Shown one piece after another: positions 1 through 7,686 of a DNA stretch of 15,071 nt. The stretch's first letter is position 1; every line of letters begins with the position of its first letter. The translations under genes and the position numbers were made by a program. The stretch comes from Chlamydiae bacterium RIFCSPHIGHO2_12_FULL_49_11 (lineage in GTDB: Bacteria; Chlamydiota; Chlamydiia; Chlamydiales; 2-12-FULL-49-11): positions 1-15,071 of the forward strand of contig MGLW01000049.1 in NCBI GenBank assembly GCA_001794905.1, written 5' to 3'. A model generated the notes under the pieces. The model searched no databases, was not told the DNA's origin, and saw only the letters and a list, made by a program, of their open reading frames with translations.

Positions 1-684
1 GAAGGTGTGGGTCTCGAAGATGTGGATCGTACGGCTCACATCCATGAAAATTTGGACGCCCATTTTCTGGAGGAACAGAATCAAGTCGAAGATTTCAGGC
101 TCCGAAGCAGCATTTTTGATGATCGTGCGTCCTTTGGCTTTCACTGCCGCCATAATGAGGTTTTCGGTAGCGCCGACGGAAGGGTAGGGAAGCTCGATGA
201 TGGTACCGACAAGCTGTTTCGGATTGTGCGCGATGTACACTTCACGTTCTTCATCGTAGACAACAGAGGCTCCCAGGGCTTTTACCCCTTCGATGTGAAA
301 ATCGACAGGACGTTTTCCGAGCCTGCAGCCGCCGACGACGGGAAGAGTGATTTTTTCACGGGTGCGTCCTAAAAGGGGGCCGAGGAGCAAAATCGGAATC
401 CGGTTGGCTCCCGAAAACCGTTGCGGAACGAAAGATGTCCGAATATGGGGCGTGATGATTTCGATCGTTTTTGCTTCTTTGTCCCATTCCACGATCGATC
501 CTATCTCACGGCATAAATCAACCGTTGCTGTGATTTCGGTCACGTTGGGCACATTGGAAAATACCGATTTTTTATCAGACAGAAGCGAGGCAATCAGCAA
601 TTTCGTCGCGGCATTTTTAGCACCGCTCACCGTCACTTCTCCCTTAAGAGGCACTCCTCCCGTAATTTCTAGCACGTCTGACAT
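1..684 (-). CDS. murA: UDP-N-acetylglucosamine 1-carboxyvinyltransferase (5' part; runs off window)
   Basis: Not in the ORF track; translated by hand from ATG at 684, with no stop down to base 1. It reads MSDVLEITGGVPLKGEVTVSGAKNAATKLLIASLL...GANRIPILLLGPLL...VGGCRLGKRPVDFH...LPYPSVGATENLIMAA...NAASEPEI. GAKNA, the GGC..G.RP.D.H loop and SVGATEN are MurA motifs. Confidence 0.97.
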   Translation of the reverse strand, partial: MSDVLEITGGVPLKGEVTVSGAKNAATKLLIASLLSDKKSVFSNVPNVTEITATVDLCREIGSIVEWDKEAKTIEIITPHIRTSFVPQRFSGANRIPILLLGPLLGRTREKITLPVVGGCRLGKRPVDFHIEGVKALGASVVYDEEREVYIAHNPKQLVGTIIELPYPSVGATENLIMAAVKAKGRTIIKNAASEPEIFDLILFLQKMGVQIFMDVSRTIHIFETHTF

Positions 685-687
685 GGG

Positions 688-1623
688 TCACCCTTCCTGG
701 AGGCATTCAATGCGACTTTTTCCCAGAGTGATGGAAAGTCCGCCGGAATCATAGGTTCTTTCTTCCCCTTTTTTCACGAGGAATCCTTGATCCACCGGCC
801 CCTGCAAGGTAGAAAGGGGTTTTCTTGGTTCATAGTGAGTGAGAGCTTCTTTCATATCGTCAAGTGTGGTCTGAAGGACGAAACTCGAATTCCGGATTTG
901 GGTATGAAGTAGTCCGGCCAAAGGTAAATACCGCTGCAGGGCAAGGTCAATCGGTTCAGAGGTTAGTTTCTCAATGAGAAGAGCGAGTAAAACGCTATTG
1001 CTCACAGTGGGGAAATAATGGCCTCCCGGCGGGGTGGTAAATCCTTTTTTCATGATGAGTCCGGCGACCATTTCAGGGGGATGGTAGGTGGAAAAGAGGG
1101 GGTGGTCTCCGTCTCGAAGTTCTTCCAGTTGGTAAAGCCCCGAAGTATGGTTTAAGAGGTCAGAGACCGTGAGGTTTACTTTCTCAAGCTCAGGCCAGTA
1201 GCCCGGTTCGAAATAACCGGCGAAAGGTCGGGAGACATCGACATTCAAGATGTGTAAGACTTGACGAAGAAAAAAGACCGAAAAAGGGCCGACGAAAAAT
1301 TCGGGCTTGGCGCCCTCGAAGGTTTTTTTTAATTGTACGATGCCGTGATTGATCAGAAGCGCATTGCCCTCAAACGACATTTCGGAAAGGGCCGTTTCCA
1401 ACCTTTCCCCTTCATTGCCGTCAATCACTTCGATGTTTTTGATTCCCAAACCGTGTAGCTCTTTTAACAAACCGTCCTTGGAAGTATATGTTTTTTGAAT
1501 AATATGTTCCACAATTGCAGTACTTTTTGTTACACCCCTTTCCGAAACTATGCTCCAGCGCCTCTCATCTCCATTATAGCGGAGTCTATAAGGAGTATTT
1601 TCGAAAACAAATTGGATGTTCAT
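688..1623 (-). CDS. Serine hydrolase / beta-lactamase (AmpC-like) fold protein, catalytic motifs apparently degenerate
   Basis: 311 aa with LTVSDLLNHTSGL and PPGGHY...LLALLIEKLTSEP, matching the family scaffold. The SxxK position reads PFSV and the YxN position reads PTV. Ends 3 nt before the murA start. Confidence 0.7.
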   Translation of the reverse strand: MNIQFVFENTPYRLRYNGDERRWSIVSERGVTKSTAIVEHIIQKTYTSKDGLLKELHGLGIKNIEVIDGNEGERLETALSEMSFEGNALLINHGIVQLKKTFEGAKPEFFVGPFSVFFLRQVLHILNVDVSRPFAGYFEPGYWPELEKVNLTVSDLLNHTSGLYQLEELRDGDHPLFSTYHPPEMVAGLIMKKGFTTPPGGHYFPTVSNSVLLALLIEKLTSEPIDLALQRYLPLAGLLHTQIRNSSFVLQTTLDDMKEALTHYEPRKPLSTLQGPVDQGFLVKKGEERTYDSGGLSITLGKSRIECLQEG

Positions 1624-1675
1624 AACTCAATTTATAAAAAACAACATCGTTTTCATCCATCTAAATTTGAAAATT

Positions 1676-1691
1676 TGTTACAATGCTTACG
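1676..1691 (+). promoter_or_regulatory. Extended -10 promoter (TG-t-TACAAT) 7 nt before ATG 1692
   Basis: TG at 1676-1677, TACAAT at 1679-1684, gcttacg, then ATG at 1692. No SD present. Confidence 0.5.
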
Positions 1692-2780
1692 ATGATAGTA
1701 TCGGTAATGGCGAGTTTGGCGTTTGCGGCTATGGTGGGAATCGTGCTGCGCTCTTTTTCCCGGTACCGTTCCGGTGAGGATGTTCTTCTTGCGGAAAATC
1801 CCAAATTTTCCATTTGCGTGAATCGGAAGGAAAAAGTAGTCCGCTTCGATCCGCGCCTGATTGAACTTTTTCCGGTTATCAAAACACCGCCCCGGAACCT
1901 CGCTTCGCTGGCCCTTCTTTTCCCCGAAATTGCAGAGATTGCCGATCGGGTTTGGAAAGAGGACTTTGTCTTTCGAAAGGAAATCCAGATTTTCGGATCC
2001 AAGGAACGCATTTTTTGCGTGATGCGGCGCGCAGGGCGCAGGCTATGGATTTTCCTCGATCCACGCCAATCGGAGGTGAAAGTGATCGAAATGGGAAAAG
2101 CGTTCATTGCAAATGCATCGCACGAACTGCGTACCCCGATTACTATTATCAAGGGGTTTGTTGAGACGTTGCAAGAGGTCGGCGATTTATCGGAAGAGAT
2201 GTTCATGTCGATCATGGAAAAAATCGAAAAGAGTTGTCGGCGGATGGAAAACATCATCAAAAATCTGCTCATCCTGGCCGATCTTGACCGTGATCCGATC
2301 ATCGAAACCGATACGGTTCGCATCACTGAATTCATCGAAGACGCAGCGCGTCAAGTGATCGAACTATATCCCCACATCACCATCGAACAGGTGCTCGACC
2401 ATGCCGAGATGGAGATTGCCGCCGACCGGTCTCTAGCCGAAATTGCCCTTATAAATCTTCTCAAAAACGCTGCCAAGTATGCGGGGGAAAAGGCAAAAAT
2501 CGAGGTTGTGGCGACCGAAAGCGGAAGTGAAGTCGAAATCAAGGTGATCGATTACGGGATCGGTCTGCAAAAGGAAGAGCTCGGGCGCATCTTTGAGAGA
2601 TTTTATAGCGTTGATAAGGCCCATAGCCGAAAACTGGGCGGAACGGGTCTTGGTCTTTCGATAGTGAAACTGATCATGGATAAACATAGGGGCAAAGTCG
2701 GTGTGACTTCGACCCCCGGCAGCGGCGCCGTCTTCACCCTCACCTTCCCCAAAGCAATGAACTTCAATTTTGTTAGCTAG
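1692..2780 (+). CDS. Membrane sensor histidine kinase, PhoR/WalK-like (HisKA + HATPase_c)
   Basis: N-terminal TM helix; H-box FIANASHELRTPITIIKGF; N-box NLLKNAAKY; G1 DYGIGL; F-box IFERFY; G2 GGTGLGLSIVK. The ORF track starts at 1683; 1692 is preferred because the -10 overlaps 1683. Confidence 0.92.
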   Translation: MIVSVMASLAFAAMVGIVLRSFSRYRSGEDVLLAENPKFSICVNRKEKVVRFDPRLIELFPVIKTPPRNLASLALLFPEIAEIADRVWKEDFVFRKEIQIFGSKERIFCVMRRAGRRLWIFLDPRQSEVKVIEMGKAFIANASHELRTPITIIKGFVETLQEVGDLSEEMFMSIMEKIEKSCRRMENIIKNLLILADLDRDPIIETDTVRITEFIEDAARQVIELYPHITIEQVLDHAEMEIAADRSLAEIALINLLKNAAKYAGEKAKIEVVATESGSEVEIKVIDYGIGLQKEELGRIFERFYSVDKAHSRKLGGTGLGLSIVKLIMDKHRGKVGVTSTPGSGAVFTLTFPKAMNFNFVS

Positions 2781-2901
2781 TGCCATCAAATAATTTCTTG
2801 GGATTGGTATAGCAATTTGATTTTTCGCCCGCTTCATAATTGGCCGTATCGTGCTGTTCATTTTCGTCAGATTGAGAAAAACTAATGAAAGAGTCGATCA
2901 T
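2773..2901 (-). CDS. Possible 42-aa acidic peptide (MIDSFISFSQSDENEQHDTANYEAGEKSNCYTNPKKLFDGTS)
   Basis: Its ATG overlaps the TGA of the upstream 125-aa gene (ATGA, 2898-2901), and it fills the gap to the kinase stop. No homology recognised. Confidence 0.25.
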   Translation of the reverse strand: MIDSFISFSQSDENEQHDTANYEAGEKSNCYTNPKKLFDGTS

Positions 2902-3275
2902 TTGAGCATCAGAACAATAAACCCAAAACTCAGGTTAAAAAGATAATGGGCGAAGGTGAACACAAAAACGGAGAAAAAGAGGAGGGACAGTGCTAGTTCT
3001 TGCTTCTTCTTCGATTCTAAGAAAAAGAAGAACCATCGATATGCAAATGCAAAAAGATAGAAGTACATGAAAAATGAACCGTACCATTCCACCGAAGAAC
3101 GCATGTCTAGTCCGTGCAATATTAAATAGCTCAAAAAGATAACCGCCATGACTATCCATACAACCATTTTATAATCGAACTTCTTCTTTGCGAAGCTTTT
3201 AATAAAATCAAACATGAAACTAAAAGAGGTGATCAATATTGAAACGATTCCCCAAAAATACGGATTTAATATCAT
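2898..3275 (-). CDS. Small integral membrane protein, about 4 TM helices (candidate immunity protein)
   Basis: 125 aa, very Phe/Leu/Ile-rich with Lys-rich loops. Starts 2 nt after the upstream stop. AT-rich. Confidence 0.75.
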   Translation of the reverse strand: MILNPYFWGIVSILITSFSFMFDFIKSFAKKKFDYKMVVWIVMAVIFLSYLILHGLDMRSSVEWYGSFFMYFYLFAFAYRWFFFFLESKKKQELALSLLFFSVFVFTFAHYLFNLSFGFIVLMLK

Positions 3276-3277
3276 AC

Positions 3278-3823
3278 TTAGTCGTCCCTTTGGCTATCAT
3301 AATATTGTTCTGCAAAATTGGATTCTCCGGCAGAAATTTCAGAATGTTCTCTTTCTTCCCGGTATTCACGGCAAGCATTGTCAAAATGCTCTTTTGCTGA
3401 CCTAAATGACTGAATTGCAGCTCCGACACCACCTACCGTTCCCATGGGGTCGCCCCTTGCAAAGCTTGCTCCTGCAACAACTAGAAAGGTGCAACCCAAT
3501 CCGAATTCAACGATACATTTTTCGTGTTCTGCATTTGCCGCGAGAGTAGGTTTTTCGAGTTCATTTGATACACGTACACAATAGTTGAAGCGGAATCTAT
3601 TTAATTGTAAATAGAACTGAGGCAAGTCATTTAATATTGGATCGAGAAGAATTGGGTCATCGATCCTTTTCTGCAGAAAATTTAGAGCAGAAATTGATTT
3701 TTGATAGGTTGTTCTAATGGTTCTTTCTCGTGTAATGCAAAGGGAACCTTCCGCATATATGGCAGAATAGCAATAATTATAAACTAGAATCAGGCATGTG
3801 ATTACAAAACATTTCAACCCCAT
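3278..3823 (-). CDS. Hypothetical exported protein with signal peptide and Gly/Ala-rich hydrophobic hairpin
   Basis: 181 aa. The N-terminus MGLKCFVITCLILVYNYCYSAIYA resembles a Sec signal. Contains FGLGCTFLVVAGASFARGDPMGTVGGVGAAIQSF and an acidic C-terminal tail. Confidence 0.75.
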   Translation of the reverse strand: MGLKCFVITCLILVYNYCYSAIYAEGSLCITRERTIRTTYQKSISALNFLQKRIDDPILLDPILNDLPQFYLQLNRFRFNYCVRVSNELEKPTLAANAEHEKCIVEFGLGCTFLVVAGASFARGDPMGTVGGVGAAIQSFRSAKEHFDNACREYREEREHSEISAGESNFAEQYYDSQRDD

Positions 3824-3908
3824 GGCTAGAACAATACGGAATTTCCTGAATTAACTGAAACAAAACTTTTTTTAATCTTGTTTATATTAGACTTTTTGAG
3901 GACTCAGC

Positions 3909-4805
3909 CTAGACACGAGGTTCGGCGGCTATGGTAACCCGAAGGTGGGTGACGGGATCAATGGCGGTGATGGTTTTGTCAGTGATGGTTTGTGCGCGGA
4001 AATGCATCACCTTGCGGATATCGACGGGATCAAAGGGGAGATTGCAATTGGTAATCAGGTTCCATTTGGTTTCCCAGGAGAGCTTTTCTTTCGTCGCATT
4101 TTTTTTGCTCTCCCTGTGTTCTTTTTCGATTTCGAGGACGGCAGCGGCCCCGCGTTCCCCTAAGGTAGCCACGAGCACGTGATAATGCGCTTTACACAAA
4201 CAAAACAGCCTCTCGTCACCCGGCCGGATTGTCAGGTAATCGGACAGTTTTTCCCAGGTGTCGCCGGTTTGGTCCTTTGTCTTCATGAAGGCTACTTTGC
4301 CGTCTTGCAAGGCATTCCATAAATCTTGCGTGCGCGCATCGGTGAAGGTGATATCGGTGATCGAGCGGACCGAGCCCGTTTGCCCGTTTTTAGAGAGATC
4401 GAGCACCTTCTTGTAGAGAGCTCCTTTGATCTCTCCGAGCCGGGGAGCCAGAGAGGTTTTCCGGTAGAGTTCGTCGAGGAGATTTTCGACATATTTTTTT
4501 GCGATCGTCGAACTCGGATTATTGAGATAGGGAAGAAAATTCAGTTTCGAGTTTTGCGTGATCCGGTCACGGAACCGCCCGCTTTCGGGATGGGGAGAAA
4601 AAGTGAAGAGGGAAGAATTTTTGCCGCTCTGGATGTAGGTGTGAAACAGGTAACGCTCCCGCATGGCAAGGGCGGTATGGCGGGTCTTCATCAGGGTTTC
4701 GAAATGGGTTTGGACGACCGAATTTTTGAAGAATGCATCGGAAAAAAAGAGCAAAAAATAGGAAAATACCAACATGAACATGAAAACAATCGGCAGGAGG
4801 TTCAT
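3909..4805 (-). CDS. Hypothetical N-terminally anchored protein, possible T2SS GspK-like minor pseudopilin
   Basis: 298 aa with one N-terminal TM (MNLLPIVFMFMLVFSYFLLFF) and an internal SKLNF resembling the GspK 'KxNLN' segment. ATGA overlap with the upstream pilin-like gene. The function call rests on size and context. Confidence 0.5.
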   Translation of the reverse strand: MNLLPIVFMFMLVFSYFLLFFSDAFFKNSVVQTHFETLMKTRHTALAMRERYLFHTYIQSGKNSSLFTFSPHPESGRFRDRITQNSKLNFLPYLNNPSSTIAKKYVENLLDELYRKTSLAPRLGEIKGALYKKVLDLSKNGQTGSVRSITDITFTDARTQDLWNALQDGKVAFMKTKDQTGDTWEKLSDYLTIRPGDERLFCLCKAHYHVLVATLGERGAAAVLEIEKEHRESKKNATKEKLSWETKWNLITNCNLPFDPVDIRKVMHFRAQTITDKTITAIDPVTHLRVTIAAEPRV

Positions 4806-5284
4806 TTGCCTCCTTTTTGTAATTTGATCAGCGCAGCGGTCGGCGCGCGCGGTGTGAAAAATGTGAGCGAGTACGGTGCGGAGGAGGCGGGTGTAAGGTC
4901 AAGCGTGACGATGGAGGGGGAAGTGACGGTGATCTTCACATCATGAAGGCCGCCCATAATGGGGTCGACGGTGACCAAAGCTCCCTTTTTCGAGTGGAGG
5001 AGAAGTTCCCCTTTTTCAAAAACAACGGCAAGCTCCGGATTTTGGGAAGCGAGCTCGAGCCTTGTGGAACTACTTTTTTCTTTTACCGGTGCATTGGTAT
5101 CCAGGATAGAGGCCAATTTGAGATAGACGAACTCTTTGTTCATCAAGGCGGTTTTCGTTTTTTCCAGGCGGGCCTCTTCTTTGCCGTAAAAGACGAGCAG
5201 TTGAAATGCCGCACCCAAGATGAGGGCGGCAAGGGCCGCTCCAATCAAGATTTCAAGCAGCAAAAAAGGTCTACTTTTCTTCAT
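4802..5284 (-). CDS. Type II secretion pseudopilin-like protein (GspJ-like)
   Basis: Start reassigned to ATG 5284 (160 aa): MKKSRP-FLLLEILIGAALAALILGAAFQLL. This is a basic leader, F+1, E+5 and a hydrophobic helix, as in type IV pilin-like N-termini. Confidence 0.7.
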   Translation of the reverse strand: MKKSRPFLLLEILIGAALAALILGAAFQLLVFYGKEEARLEKTKTALMNKEFVYLKLASILDTNAPVKEKSSSTRLELASQNPELAVVFEKGELLLHSKKGALVTVDPIMGGLHDVKITVTSPSIVTLDLTPASSAPYSLTFFTPRAPTAALIKLQKGGK

Positions 5285-5450
5285 AGAAAACGGGGGGAGG
5301 CGAACAAATACGGCTATCATACGATGCCGGATGCAAAAGCGCCGAATCGATCGGGTCAACCGGAATTTCAATGCTTTTTAAGTCGGCTTTATATGCTACG
5401 AATTCACGAAGCCGCCCGAATTCATCCAAGATGAGCCACATGGCATCCAT
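5271..5450 (-). CDS. Possible small protein (59 aa from ATG 5450; 68 aa from TTG 5477)
   Basis: Fills the only gap in a tightly packed operon and overlaps both neighbours. GGAAAGG lies upstream of ATG 5450. No family recognised. Confidence 0.3.
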   Translation of the reverse strand: MDAMWLILDEFGRLREFVAYKADLKSIEIPVDPIDSALLHPASYDSRICSPPPVFYEEK

Positions 5451-6444
5451 TTTGAACCTTTCCGGGTCTGTTGTCAATCGGATTTTCGCCGAAGGTTTCG
5501 GTGTAGAGATTGCTTATCTCTTTCTTTCTGTCGGCAAAAGCCCCTTCTAAAATTTCTTTGGGACTCTCGATCACGTGCCCTGTCTTGTGAAGCTTGAGAG
5601 GGCGGTACGTTTTTGTTTTGAGGAAGAAAAGGGGCCTTTGGAACGAGAGGAAATCGTAACCGATCGAAGAGTAGTCTCCGAGATAGACGTCGACAATATT
5701 CAGGAGAGGGTAAATGGCGGGAAACGCGGAGCAAAAGAAAAAATGACCTGTCTTTTCGGCTTCGAGTTCGAGCTTAAGCCATAAAGAATAATTATCAAGG
5801 ATAAGCCGCGGGTGGGGTTTGACGATGAGTTGGAATGCATCTTTCAGATCTTCTATTACTTGCATCGCATGGTCGAAAAAAGAAGAGCCCAAATTCTTAT
5901 CATTCCAGGTAGGGGCGTATAAAAGCACCGGTTTGGTGGGATCCAAAAAGGGGACGATTTCTTTTTCGACAAGGCCGTCGTAAAAAGATCGGAATTTTTC
6001 GTAAAATCGGCGGCGGAAGTTCCCTCGCTCTTCGATGGTTGGGTGATGAGGGGAAAGCCGCTGCTTCTCCAGGGGGCCGTAGACGATCGAAACGTCAGGC
6101 CGGTTACGATGCAGGGGCCCTTCTTTTTCAGACCATTTATCCGACTGGCCGTGGCACAAATAAGTGAATTTGGGCAGCTGAAGGCCGTACAATGGAAAAA
6201 AAGGCTTCACAATATCCTTAAACCTCGAGTGCGAGGAGATCCACGTATCGTATTCATTCCTGAGTGCCAGGATTTCGAGAAAAACACGATGCTCATGGTG
6301 AACCATCGGGTAGTATTTCAAGAGAAGAGGAAGGAGATCCTCTACTATGTAATACAGGGTAAGGTCGCTTTCATGGGCAAACGGGCAGAGATGATCCAGA
6401 AGGTTGGCATGGTTTGAAATAAGAAATACGGCGCTATTCTTCAT
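5422..6444 (-). CDS. CDP-glycerol glycerophosphotransferase family protein (TagB/TagF-like)
   Basis: Motifs LLYAPTW, LIVKPHP, DVYLGDYSSIGYDFLSFQRPLFF, and CHG in the N-terminal half. Start moved to ATG 6444 (340 aa), an 11-nt overlap with the upstream gene. Confidence 0.88.
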   Translation of the reverse strand: MKNSAVFLISNHANLLDHLCPFAHESDLTLYYIVEDLLPLLLKYYPMVHHEHRVFLEILALRNEYDTWISSHSRFKDIVKPFFPLYGLQLPKFTYLCHGQSDKWSEKEGPLHRNRPDVSIVYGPLEKQRLSPHHPTIEERGNFRRRFYEKFRSFYDGLVEKEIVPFLDPTKPVLLYAPTWNDKNLGSSFFDHAMQVIEDLKDAFQLIVKPHPRLILDNYSLWLKLELEAEKTGHFFFCSAFPAIYPLLNIVDVYLGDYSSIGYDFLSFQRPLFFLKTKTYRPLKLHKTGHVIESPKEILEGAFADRKKEISNLYTETFGENPIDNRPGKVQNGCHVAHLG

Positions 6445-6877
6445 GGAGAAAAAACTCGTAGACTGATTTTTCCGATTTGAATCCCATGAGAAGACCTTCC
6501 CGTTCCACTTCCACTCCCAATTTGACGAGAACGACATTTTTATGCGCTTTGTTTTGGGATTCGGTCGGTTCAATGATCTCTTCAATGCGGCCGGTGGCTT
6601 TCAATACGATTTGGTGTTTCGAATCCGAGGAGACGATGTAATGTTGCACATGAGGGACAGTCCCGAGATCCAGGAGTTTTTCTCGTGTCGGGGTATCACG
6701 GATGACGGCGAGGGTATCGGCTGCCATCCTGTCTTTGATGAAGAGCGCCTCTGCCATTAAAAAACAGTTTTCTTCTTTCCGGATGTAGCGGAACACGTAT
6801 ACGCCCACGGCAGAAAAGGCGATCATGAGGAGAAAGGTAGCGATCATCACTTCAGTGAGCATGAGGGGTCGTTTCAT
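6434..6877 (-). CDS. Type II secretion pseudopilin-like protein (GspI/H-like)
   Basis: 147 aa, MKRP-LMLTEVMIATFLLMIAFSAVGVYVF, with E+5 and a TM helix. Its start overlaps the phosphoesterase stop (6874-6877). Confidence 0.68.
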   Translation of the reverse strand: MKRPLMLTEVMIATFLLMIAFSAVGVYVFRYIRKEENCFLMAEALFIKDRMAADTLAVIRDTPTREKLLDLGTVPHVQHYIVSSDSKHQIVLKATGRIEEIIEPTESQNKAHKNVVLVKLGVEVEREGLLMGFKSEKSVYEFFLHEE

Positions 6878-7635
6878 AATTCCATCACCAGTACCGGTTT
6901 AAAATTTAGGTAATCGGCGGCGGTGAAAATGTAACGAATGTTGTTTTTTGTGAAATTGACGGGGGCGTCAGTCGAAAGATTGTGCAAGTGGCCATACACA
7001 ACATGCGTGACACCATAATCTTCGAAAAGGCGGGTCACTTCGGTGTCGGCATGTTCGGGTCCGGTGGGAGGGTAATGCACCATGCAAATGCGGACGGGAA
7101 GAGACCGGTTCAGCTTTTTAAGGCTCATTTCGAGCCGTTCCAACTCGGACTGAAATATTTTTTTGTCTTTCAGCTTTTCCTGCAAGGAGTCGGGCTTCTT
7201 ATGCACGTTGATGCCGAACGTATCCCGAAGGATAATATAGCGCGAATAATTGATGGACGGATCTTCCCATAGGCGGGAGCCTGCGATGGAGGCGCTGTTA
7301 AAATCTATTGCGTCGAGGTGGATGGCTGCCACGGAAGGAGGTAATATGGCGCGTACTTTCAGGATAGAATGGAACCATGAGTCGTGGTTTCCCCGGATCA
7401 GGACCTTGGTACCGGGAAGCTCTCCAATCCACTGCAAATCGATGGCAGCCTCGTCGAGAGTGCGAGCCCAGGTGATATCTCCCGCAATAAGGACAAGGTC
7501 TTCTTCCTGAACGGTTTCATTCCATCGGCGTAATATTTTTTCCAAGTAGCCGACCCAGGGCTCCCCAAATACATCCATCTGTTTATCGGGTTTCGAGATG
7601 GAAAGGTGCACGTCGGAAAGGGACCATATCCTCAT
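6874..7635 (-). CDS. Calcineurin-like metallophosphoesterase
   Basis: Motifs SDVH, IAGD, RGNHD, MVHYPP and YGHLH. Start 7635 (MRIWSLSD) is preferred over 7644 because of the promoter position. Confidence 0.92.
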   Translation of the reverse strand: MRIWSLSDVHLSISKPDKQMDVFGEPWVGYLEKILRRWNETVQEEDLVLIAGDITWARTLDEAAIDLQWIGELPGTKVLIRGNHDSWFHSILKVRAILPPSVAAIHLDAIDFNSASIAGSRLWEDPSINYSRYIILRDTFGINVHKKPDSLQEKLKDKKIFQSELERLEMSLKKLNRSLPVRICMVHYPPTGPEHADTEVTRLFEDYGVTHVVYGHLHNLSTDAPVNFTKNNIRYIFTAADYLNFKPVLVMEL

Positions 7636-7672
7636 GCCCTTCATGATACCTGATCTAGAACGCGAGAGTCAA
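7636..7672 (-). promoter_or_regulatory. Sigma70/66-type promoter TTGACT-N18-TATCAT-N7-ATG
   Basis: -35 at 7672-7667 and -10 at 7648-7643, each a 5/6 match to consensus; ATG at 7635. Confidence 0.65.
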
Positions 7673-7686
7673 ATTCTTTACACGCC

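Noticed and set aside
5-754. Plus-strand ORFs 5..187, 7..372 and 347..754
   Set aside because: Antisense shadows of murA, which is open and motif-complete on the minus strand.
1661-2861. Minus-strand ORFs 1661..2335 and 2433..2861
   Set aside because: Antisense to the histidine kinase, with no recognisable motifs.
2777-3912. CTAG at both edges of the AT-rich islet as a target-site duplication
   Set aside because: Both copies coincide with TAG stop codons of the flanking genes, a 4-mer is uninformative, and no transposase or inverted repeats were seen.
5399-5425. Two GAATTC sites forming a possible hairpin
   Set aside because: Only a short stem with a poorly paired interior and no U-tract; not a credible terminator or RNA element.
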